From contig CAZPUN010000047.1 in assembly GCA_964589775.1 (NCBI GenBank), forward strand, positions 1 through 25,921: DNA of 25,921 bases. Direction: 5' to 3'. A program made the position numbers and the translations under genes. Below the pieces are notes generated by a model, which worked only from the letters and a program-made list of their open reading frames with translations, was not told where the DNA came from and searched no databases. The stretch comes from an uncultured archaeon (GTDB taxonomy: Archaea; Asgardarchaeota; Thorarchaeia; Thorarchaeales; CAZPUN01). Below are positions 1 through 7,063 of this stretch, piece after piece (the first letter of the stretch is position 1; each line of letters opens with the position of its first letter).

Positions 1-722
1 CAAGACTTGTAAATTCAGAACCTGAAATCATGGAACAAATCACACATCTTGCAGCAGTCGCAGGAATTGCAGATCATGTAGAAGGCGATGCATTAGAGCA
101 ATACATAGAAGTCGCAAAACAAAAAGGTTATGATGAAGAAATGCTACGAAAAATCGGATTGGCTGTAGATTATGAAGCCTTCTTTCTAAGATATTCGGAC
201 GGGCGGGGGCTTGTGAATGATCTTCTTGGCGTACAAGTACCAAGAGAACGTCATATTAAGCATGTAGAACTAGTTTCCAAATTAGCCGAAGACGCAATAA
301 ATAATCAGATGAACATAGTAATGCCAAACATTGAAAGTAAGAAATTAGACAATGGTGTTAATCTATATATGATAGACGTTGAAAAGTTTGCCAAGAAATT
401 CGAATTTCCAGCACCCGGCAAAACAACAGGTGCAGTACATGATGAAATGGTAAGTCAAAAAGAAGGCGAGCCAGTGGTTACTCTGGGTATCGGTCCAGAT
501 TTTGTAGTTTTACGTTCTAAAAACATTCTAATAAACTTTCCAAAAATTGTTAAGAACTTACAAAATGAAATGCCTTCTGCAGGAGTAGAAGGAGGCGGAC
601 ATGAAGTTGTAGGTTCTGTGAAATTCGTAGAAGGTAAGCGTGATGAATTTATTAAGCGCTTAATTGAAGAATTAGAAAAGTCAAAAATTGTAGACGATAA
701 AGAGGATGCACAGAATGAATGA
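1..722 (+). CDS. Archaea-specific RecJ-like DHH/DHHA1 phosphoesterase, C-terminal part (5' truncated by window edge)
   Basis: The frame is open from position 3 (RLVNSEPEIM...), so the gene starts upstream. It has AVAGIAD, FPAPGKTTGAVHD and the DHHA1-type GGGHEVVGS motif typical of the archaeal RecJ-like (COG1107-type) family. Confidence 0.8.
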   Translation, partial: RLVNSEPEIMEQITHLAAVAGIADHVEGDALEQYIEVAKQKGYDEEMLRKIGLAVDYEAFFLRYSDGRGLVNDLLGVQVPRERHIKHVELVSKLAEDAINNQMNIVMPNIESKKLDNGVNLYMIDVEKFAKKFEFPAPGKTTGAVHDEMVSQKEGEPVVTLGIGPDFVVLRSKNILINFPKIVKNLQNEMPSAGVEGGGHEVVGSVKFVEGKRDEFIKRLIEELEKSKIVDDKEDAQNE

Positions 723-1527
723 AGTAGATATAATTAGGAAAATCGATGCACATATGTATGAATCATTTCTCGAAAATTCAGCACCTGCAAATAAGGATAC
801 AGAAAATGTGAATCCCTTCGGAGATACTTCAATTTATTGGGACATATATATGGAAAATTCTGCAATAGATGCAATCAAGTCATTGGGAATCAATACGAAG
901 TTAATTACAGAAGAACGTGGGGAAATATCATTCGGCGAAAAACCCGAATACATTATCATAATTGATCCATTAGATGGCTCAAAAAATGCAAAACGCGGAA
1001 TACCATTATATGCATATGGAATTTCGATTGCAAAATATAGTAAAAACCCAACAAACAAGCATGTTCTTGCTAGCTTAATTCGATTGCTCGAATTCGATGA
1101 GGTATATATAGCAGAAACTGGAAAAGGCGCTACAAAAAATGGAAAGAAAATTTCACCATCAAAAACAACTACGTTGAAAGAAGCATTCGTATCAATCGAT
1201 ACTGCATCACATGGATATGACCTTTCCGAATATTTGGAACGAATACATACACTCATGACAAAAATAAAAGATATGCGGCGATTCGGAGCAAACCTAATAG
1301 ATATGGTCTATGTTGCAGACAGCAGACTAGACGCAATGGTCGATCTAAGAGGAATCTTTCCAAGTATTCATGTGTCAGGATGGCACATACTCAAAGAATC
1401 TGGAGCAATAATAATTGATAAAAGTGGTAAAGACCTATCATTCGAACTGAGCATAAATTCAAAAATGTCATTTATAACTGCAGGAACTCAAGAACTTGCT
1501 GATGAAATTCTTCAGATCTTTAAATAA
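715..1527 (+). CDS. Inositol monophosphatase / FBPase (FIG superfamily) protein
   Basis: ITEE, IIIDPLDGSKN and RRFG...DAMVD motifs. ATG at 715 follows GAGG (702-705) and overlaps the upstream stop, suggesting an operon. Confidence 0.85.
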   Translation: MNEVDIIRKIDAHMYESFLENSAPANKDTENVNPFGDTSIYWDIYMENSAIDAIKSLGINTKLITEERGEISFGEKPEYIIIIDPLDGSKNAKRGIPLYAYGISIAKYSKNPTNKHVLASLIRLLEFDEVYIAETGKGATKNGKKISPSKTTTLKEAFVSIDTASHGYDLSEYLERIHTLMTKIKDMRRFGANLIDMVYVADSRLDAMVDLRGIFPSIHVSGWHILKESGAIIIDKSGKDLSFELSINSKMSFITAGTQELADEILQIFK

Positions 1528-1546
1528 TAAAAATAAAGAGGAAACT

Positions 1547-1801
1547 TTATTCCTCACCAACTAATTTTTCCGAAAGCAACATAGCAAGTAAAGCTGAAAA
1601 TCCAGATAATACAACCAATACAATCAAAGCATAATCTGGACTAAATATATTAGTTAAAAGCGAAGTAGCATTATTGCCAAATAAACTAGCTGCCCATGCA
1701 GGAATTACGAAAACTACTGGGATCATTACAATGATCAATAAAATGATCGCACTCAGAAAGCTCTTAATTATCTGAATAATTTTGTCCTTGATGTCTTTCA
1801 T
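1547..1801 (-). CDS. Small membrane protein (84 aa, two hydrophobic segments), unknown function
   Basis: ATG at 1801 is preceded by a perfect GGAGG (1814-1810). Basic N-terminus plus two TM-like stretches, and a T-rich tract after the stop. Confidence 0.7.
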   Translation of the reverse strand: MKDIKDKIIQIIKSFLSAIILLIIVMIPVVFVIPAWAASLFGNNATSLLTNIFSPDYALIVLVVLSGFSALLAMLLSEKLVGEE

Positions 1802-1894
1802 TGCAAATTCCTCCAAATATACAATAATAATTAGTCATAAAAAGTCGTTTCGCTCTTATAAATAATTTCAATGCATTAAATATACGATGGTTCT

Positions 1895-1979
1895 TTGAAT
1901 GCTCGGGGGCGAAAAGGAGTACGGAGGAGGTAGGAGAGGTTTTAAAAGGAGGAGTAAAACATCAACCCCGAGCATTCAA
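1895..1979 (-). ncRNA. Candidate small RNA A: 14-bp terminal stem enclosing a C/U-rich loop with six CUCC (anti-SD) motifs
   Basis: Perfect inverted repeat TTGAATGCTCGGGG (1895-1908) / CCCCGAGCATTCAA (1966-1979). GGAG on the + strand at 1916, 1923, 1926, 1933, 1948 and 1951. TTTATATA on the - strand at 2006-1999. GC-rich island in AT-rich intergenic DNA. Confidence 0.6.
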
Positions 1980-1998
1980 CATTAACTTTTCTAAGAAC

Positions 1999-2006
1999 TA
2001 TATAAA
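1999..2006 (-). promoter_or_regulatory. Putative TATA box for candidate sRNA A
   Basis: TTTATATA on the minus strand, 21 nt upstream of G1977 in the 5' stem arm. No good BRE, and the box could also be read on the + strand. Confidence 0.45.
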
Positions 2007-2114
2007 GAATAGTGTATATGCAATCAATTTTTTCAAATAATCACACCATAATGAGAAAATAAACTAAGAATAACAAAATAACAAAATTAAACTTCAATAA
2101 GGCGCCCGAATACT

Positions 2115-2125
2115 AAAAAAGAGAT
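2115..2125 (-). terminator. Putative oligo-T terminator downstream of sRNA B
   Basis: TCTCTTTTTT on the minus strand, about 30 nt past the 3' stem arm. Confidence 0.35.
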
Positions 2126-2150
2126 AATTATTCAAAAGGAGAACAAGGAC

Positions 2151-2257
2151 GCCGGAAAGGGGCAAAAAATAGACGAGAGGTTTCGAGTGCGAGGAAGGAG
2201 AGAGTGTTTGGAGGAGACGAATTAAGGAGGAGAGAGAATACAGGCCCCTTTTCCAGC
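2151..2257 (-). ncRNA. Candidate small RNA B: 13-bp terminal stem enclosing a C/U-rich loop with five CUCC motifs; may extend to the U-tract near 2115
   Basis: Minus-strand arms GCUGGAAAAGGGGC (2257-2244) and GCCCCUUUCCGGC (2163-2151) pair with one bulged A and one U-G wobble. The wobble would be a C-A mismatch on the + strand. TTTATATA at 2287-2280. Confidence 0.6.
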
Positions 2258-2279
2258 ATATAATTCATTGTTACATAGA

Positions 2280-2295
2280 TATATAAATTCTTTGA
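2280..2295 (-). promoter_or_regulatory. Putative BRE-TATA promoter for candidate sRNA B
   Basis: Minus strand reads TCAAAGAA-TTTATATA. The box ends 22 nt upstream of G2257, the first base of the stem, which is normal archaeal spacing. Confidence 0.55.
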
Positions 2296-2446
2296 TAAAA
2301 CCATCCGCAAATTGCAATTTTTATAAAAAATTAATTTAAAATTATAAAAAATAAAAAAATATAACTAAATTTTATATAAACATTATCTGACAAAGGGGAA
2401 CAAATATATAGAAAAATAATTTAAAAACTGATGAGGGATAAGGAAA

Positions 2447-3520
2447 ATGCAACAGGATACAAATTTAGACAGTAATCTCACAGGGAATTGGAAAGAAATG
2501 CACGAACAAATTTTTGCATTTCCAGATCTATTAAGCGCCTCATTAGAAAAATACAATGAATCGCCATGGACTTTAAAGGACTATGAAGGAATAGCTTTTG
2601 CGGGAATGGGAGGAAGCTCAATAGGTTCAATGATTACAAAAGATATTTATGATTTGAATAGCAAAATACCGCTTATCATAATTCAGAATTTTAATCTTCC
2701 AAGATGGATAACACGCAATTGGTTATTGATAGGTACATCATTCTCTGGGAATACATATGAGACAAACAACGTCGTTAGGGCGGCAATAGAAAGAGGGATA
2801 GATGTAAAAATAATATCATCCGGAGGAAAATTGCTAGAACTCGCAAATAGACACAATCTGGATTTTTTCAAGTTAGACAAGACTATACAAAAGAATAATA
2901 TACAAATACAATTACAGCCCCGCGCTGCATTACCCATGTCAATTGCGCCAATTTTGAAGTTTCTCAGCGAAATTGAGTCAATTAATTTTAATGCGGAACA
3001 AATATACCGTGAATTGGATTCCGATCGTCACTTGTGGAATGAGGAAAACAATACTGAAGACAATTATGCAAAAAGGTTTGCAAAAATCATTTTTACACAA
3101 ATACCGATCTTTCTGGGATATGATGCAACAGCCTCTGTAGCATATCGTGCAAAATGTCAAATTAATGAGAATGCAAAATATATTGCATACAATAATGTGT
3201 TTCCAGAATTTGTCCATAATGAAATAGAAAGTTTTGGCTTTGATGAAGTAAACAAAAGGATCCTTGCGATAATATTGAGTAGTAAGTATTCAACAGTAAA
3301 GAATAAGAGACTTGTCGATGTTACTAAGGGAATATTACAGGAAAAAATAAACGTATTCGAATATACTAATGATAAACCAGATATATTTTCAGAAATTTTC
3401 AGTATGATAATGTTTTGGGACTTTGTGAGCTTATATCTGTCAATTTTAAATCAAAAAGACCCGGTCACAGTAAACAATATAAAGGTTCTAAAAAGAAATT
3501 TGAAAAAAATATTAGAATGA
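2447..3520 (+). CDS. Bifunctional phosphoglucose/phosphomannose isomerase (PGI/PMI, SIS domain)
   Basis: GMGGSSIG, SFSGNTYET, QPRAAL, INENAK and PEFVHNEIE motifs. Confidence 0.92.
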   Translation: MQQDTNLDSNLTGNWKEMHEQIFAFPDLLSASLEKYNESPWTLKDYEGIAFAGMGGSSIGSMITKDIYDLNSKIPLIIIQNFNLPRWITRNWLLIGTSFSGNTYETNNVVRAAIERGIDVKIISSGGKLLELANRHNLDFFKLDKTIQKNNIQIQLQPRAALPMSIAPILKFLSEIESINFNAEQIYRELDSDRHLWNEENNTEDNYAKRFAKIIFTQIPIFLGYDATASVAYRAKCQINENAKYIAYNNVFPEFVHNEIESFGFDEVNKRILAIILSSKYSTVKNKRLVDVTKGILQEKINVFEYTNDKPDIFSEIFSMIMFWDFVSLYLSILNQKDPVTVNNIKVLKRNLKKILE

Positions 3521-4030
3521 CATAGTAACTCCTACAAAATAACCATAAACATGCATTAAAGTATCTTTATCAGAATACGGTGGTAAAACCCATAAATCCA
3601 ATGTATACAGCCAGTACCAGCTATTTGTTGAATTTGCTTCTACAACAATAGCAATATCATCAGGAGAAGTAACATATTCAGATACCTTAAGCTGATTAAT
3701 TTTATGAGGATATATTTTGATGTCCTTTGTATGTATAGAGCCAGTATATGCTAACCGGTGGTTATTAAGAGTAATCAACAAACGATGTGTATCTATGATA
3801 GGAATTGAAACGGAAGAGTTTGTTGTTATATTAAATATGAATGTAATTTTTGGTGTGTCGTTTAATCCAGAAATAGTAACATCAACTAATTGCGTATTTA
3901 GTGTGGCAACACTAACACTCGAATCAATGAACAACGACGATGCATAAGTATAACCAATTAGAGAGCCTACTACGATGCCTACAAATAATATGGATAATAT
4001 CTTTTGAGATTTTTCAGAACTTAATGCCAA
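3512..4030 (-). CDS. Membrane-anchored beta-rich protein, possibly LEA_2/WHy-like
   Basis: TTG start after GGTGA. Single N-terminal TM helix followed by alternating beta-strand pattern (KITFIFNITTNS). Fold assignment is tentative. Confidence 0.6.
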   Translation of the reverse strand: MALSSEKSQKILSILFVGIVVGSLIGYTYASSLFIDSSVSVATLNTQLVDVTISGLNDTPKITFIFNITTNSSVSIPIIDTHRLLITLNNHRLAYTGSIHTKDIKIYPHKINQLKVSEYVTSPDDIAIVVEANSTNSWYWLYTLDLWVLPPYSDKDTLMHVYGYFVGVTMSF

Positions 4031-4081
4031 TTATATTCACCAAATCCATTTAAAAAAATATTAATTATTGAAGATTTCTGT

Positions 4082-4942
4082 CTACGTAATGATAAGAATA
4101 AGCCATACAATTATTGAAAGGGTTACAGGAATGGGCAATACCGGAACATATGTTTTTTCCTCTGACAAGAAGACTAAACTCAGCCGAAGACCAGCTAAAA
4201 GCAAGATAAAGACTAAAATCCATACAAATAAACCAAAAATTAGCATTGTATGACTAGATATTATAGAATAAACAATGAAGTCTCCAGCACCAATCAAAAA
4301 GTTATCATGGGCAAAACGAATATACGAATATGGATCGTATGAAGTGTTTTTCCTGTGGACATGGGGCTTTTTTGATATCATTAATAAATCTTCAAAAACT
4401 AACACCAATAAAATAAATACCATAGAGATCGTTGGAAGTGAAAGACCCAAGAATGTACCAAAAATAGAACTATAGCCGATTACAAATATATTTCTAAGAC
4501 TATTTGGCAGCATATCCGTTAGAATAAAGATAAATGAAAGTGCCGTAAGATATATTGATAGAAAGGCAATTATTAAATATAGAAACGGATTTGGCGTTGC
4601 GCCTTTGAATAAAATTAGTAGTAAAGTATTTCCAAAAAATACGGTTGTAATAAATATAATGGGAGACATTATCGCTGCAATTATTAAATGCTCAGATTTC
4701 TTATTCTTCAATAAAAAGAGATACATAAATAAAACTACAACGCCACTTAATATTATTGAATAAAGTGTCGTAATAATAAGCTCGGTAAGGCTCATATTAC
4801 TAGGAATTGCAGAAGGATGTTCAGGAACCAAATAGCTTCCAGAAGTGATGAAAACAAGCATTCCACTTATAATAATTGGAATTAGCGAAAATTTACTGAG
4901 CACTATGAAAATTTTATTTATATTAAAATCACTCATAATCAT
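4082..4942 (-). CDS. Presenilin/SPP-family (A22) GxGD intramembrane aspartyl protease
   Basis: Polytopic. First Asp in VLVFEDLL (YD equivalent), LIGAGDFIVYS (compare presenilin GLGDFIFYS) and YVPVLP (PAL equivalent), in the right order. Confidence 0.85.
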   Translation of the reverse strand: MIMSDFNINKIFIVLSKFSLIPIIISGMLVFITSGSYLVPEHPSAIPSNMSLTELIITTLYSIILSGVVVLFMYLFLLKNKKSEHLIIAAIMSPIIFITTVFFGNTLLLILFKGATPNPFLYLIIAFLSIYLTALSFIFILTDMLPNSLRNIFVIGYSSIFGTFLGLSLPTISMVFILLVLVFEDLLMISKKPHVHRKNTSYDPYSYIRFAHDNFLIGAGDFIVYSIISSHTMLIFGLFVWILVFILLLAGLRLSLVFLSEEKTYVPVLPIPVTLSIIVWLILIIT

Positions 4943-4991
4943 CAGTATTCAATTTTTAAACGCTTTGATAAAAGAATATTGAACTAAGCAA

Positions 4992-5012
4992 TAAAAAAAG
5001 AAAAAATAAGAG
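4992..5012 (-). terminator. Oligo-T terminator after the solute-binding protein gene
   Basis: TCTTATTTTTTCTTTTTTTAT on the minus strand just after the stop at 5024. Confidence 0.55.
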
Positions 5013-5023
5013 ATAAGCAGATT

Positions 5024-6832
5024 TTACTGCTTCTTTAAGAAGATGTATCCACCAATTAGAATTACAGCTGCCGCACCAATAGCTGCAATACCAATGAACA
5101 TATTGCCACCAGTTGGTGCTGCTGGAGCTGCACCAGTGTGCTCGACACCATACCAGTATCCTGGGCGATATACAAGTTCTACATATTCACCACGTACATA
5201 GTGGTTAACAGTAAATGGACCTGAATATACCCAGTTGGTTGGGTCTTCAATGTTGACTTCGTTGTATGCTTTGCCTTCCCAAAGCATTCTTGGGATGATA
5301 CTCTTGAATCCAATGGAGTGCAAGTACCAGAAGGATTCTCCCTGGAAGTATGCAACTACGGTGTAGTCATCAACAGCAGTGATGTTGATTAAGTTTGCAA
5401 GATCAGCACCACCAGGTGTTGTCTTTACATAATTGATACTGAATACAACATCATCTGCAGTGATTGGATCTCCATTGGACCAAGTTGCATTGTGAATCAA
5501 GTGGAATGTAAACTTGGTTGTATTCTTAATACTGGTTGCTTCCCAGGATTCAGCTAACCAGGGTCTGTCTTCACCATTCCAGTCTAAGGTGATCAATGAG
5601 TCGTAGAGCATCATAAGTACGTTTGATGCATATGCACTGTTTGTGGTGAATGGGTTAAAGGTATCGATGTCCTTGGGGTTGGACCAGATAAATGTACCAC
5701 CAGTGGGGATAGTACCACCAGTACTCTTAAGATGTACTTTCATGTTGGTCCAGTAGTTAGGTGCACCATGGCTTACATCATTAATGAAGCCTTCAAACTT
5801 GTTAGTTCTGTATGCACTAACTAAGGTGTTTTCATACATAACAATTTCAGGACATGCATGTACCCAAATTTCCTGCATCTTCTTTGCAGCATTCATAACT
5901 TCAGTTGCATTAGTTGAGTGCAACAGGATTGGAATGTAGCTATCATAGGTAGCGTTTCTCCAGTTCGGGAAGTTATAGAATGGTTTGTCAGCATAATCAC
6001 TCGCAAATTCGTATGCAAGCCAGTCTACGTCGAAGCTTCCAAAGCTAACACCAAGGAAGGTCATATCATAATCTCCATGGTATTGAAGTCTCTGGAGGTA
6101 TTCGTAGAAGTCTGTTGCTTGCATCTTTGCAGGAATACCGATCTTAAGCATAGCATCAGCAATGTATTGGGCAACACCCATAGCAATGTCTGATGACTGT
6201 GCTGCTTCAACAATAATTGTCTTAATTACAGTGCCATTTGGTGTCTTTCTGTAGAAACCATTTGGCATTGCAGTACCATCAGGACTGGTATCACCAGTAA
6301 CTCTGGTGAATCCTGCATTATCTAGCATTTGGTTAGCAAGTTCAATATTTGCTTCATAGTAGTGGTATGGTAATTCATCTTCAACAGAATAAGGATTAGC
6401 TTTTGGTACACAGCTGTCGAGTGGAACTGATAGACCACTCCAGATTTCCTGGGAGACAGCTTGCTTGTCTACTGCAAATGCAATAGCTCTTCTCAAAACG
6501 GTGTAGTTCAATGGATACTTTGCAGTGTTAATAGTAACGTATCCATAACCGTTTCGGAAGGTATAAGCTAAGTCGATTTCAGGATCTTCTTGTAGATACG
6601 GCACATTGTTTGGATCTACCATATCACCGATCATGTCAATTTCGCCAGATTTGAGTGCAATAATTTGCTGGCTCTGACCGGTGATAACTTTGTAGATAAT
6701 CTTGTCCACATAAGGACCGTGTGGGTCCCATGCAGGACTAGAGGATTGTGCCGCCGCAGTTTGCGCTCCTGCGCTAGCTAGGAACGCTACAATAAAGAAT
6801 AGCACAAGAGCTCTCTTGTGATAGGCGTGCAT
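5024..6832 (-). CDS. ABC transporter family-5 (peptide/oligosaccharide) substrate-binding protein, permuted domain order, C-terminal membrane anchor
   Basis: Signal peptide; GPYVDKIIY, LKSGEID, YPLN..LRRAIAFAVD, FNPF, LYDSL, PWLAESW, WSNGDPITADDVVFS and SGPF motifs. Ala/Pro linker, TM helix and KKQ tail. Confidence 0.9.
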   Translation of the reverse strand: MHAYHKRALVLFFIVAFLASAGAQTAAAQSSSPAWDPHGPYVDKIIYKVITGQSQQIIALKSGEIDMIGDMVDPNNVPYLQEDPEIDLAYTFRNGYGYVTINTAKYPLNYTVLRRAIAFAVDKQAVSQEIWSGLSVPLDSCVPKANPYSVEDELPYHYYEANIELANQMLDNAGFTRVTGDTSPDGTAMPNGFYRKTPNGTVIKTIIVEAAQSSDIAMGVAQYIADAMLKIGIPAKMQATDFYEYLQRLQYHGDYDMTFLGVSFGSFDVDWLAYEFASDYADKPFYNFPNWRNATYDSYIPILLHSTNATEVMNAAKKMQEIWVHACPEIVMYENTLVSAYRTNKFEGFINDVSHGAPNYWTNMKVHLKSTGGTIPTGGTFIWSNPKDIDTFNPFTTNSAYASNVLMMLYDSLITLDWNGEDRPWLAESWEATSIKNTTKFTFHLIHNATWSNGDPITADDVVFSINYVKTTPGGADLANLINITAVDDYTVVAYFQGESFWYLHSIGFKSIIPRMLWEGKAYNEVNIEDPTNWVYSGPFTVNHYVRGEYVELVYRPGYWYGVEHTGAAPAAPTGGNMFIGIAAIGAAAVILIGGYIFLKKQ

Positions 6833-7063
6833 TTTCTCTCTTTCTCCTTGATTTTCTTTTTGTGAAAATCATTCAAAGTATGTATATGATGCGACTTTAA
6901 AAATGTTTTGTTGCTAGTTTGCACACCTTATTTCAATTCTTGTCATATGTAAAGAAAAAATATGCAAAAAAGAAAATAAGATAGATAAAATATATAAACC
7001 ACTCGGATTTAAATACATTAACATAGTAATAATAACAGAGATAAGAAAATTTGAGGTGTTACT

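Noticed and set aside
1895-2257. Elements as tRNA, C/D-box or H/ACA guides, CRISPR repeats or MITEs
   Set aside because: No cloverleaf, no RUGAUGA/CUGA box pair and no repeat-spacer periodicity. The two stems differ in sequence, and no target-site duplication or transposase is seen.
2128-2310. 60-aa minus-strand ORF over element B
   Set aside because: No RBS, the start lies upstream of the TATA box, and the S/L/P/F-rich composition simply reflects the CU-rich tract.
2151-2400. Replication origin (GGAAA-GGGG motifs resembling ORB G-strings next to very AT-rich DNA)
   Set aside because: The TCCA-N-TGGA dyad and spacing of true ORBs are missing. The sequence between the inverted motifs is not an AT-rich unwinding element, and no cdc6/orc1 gene is nearby.
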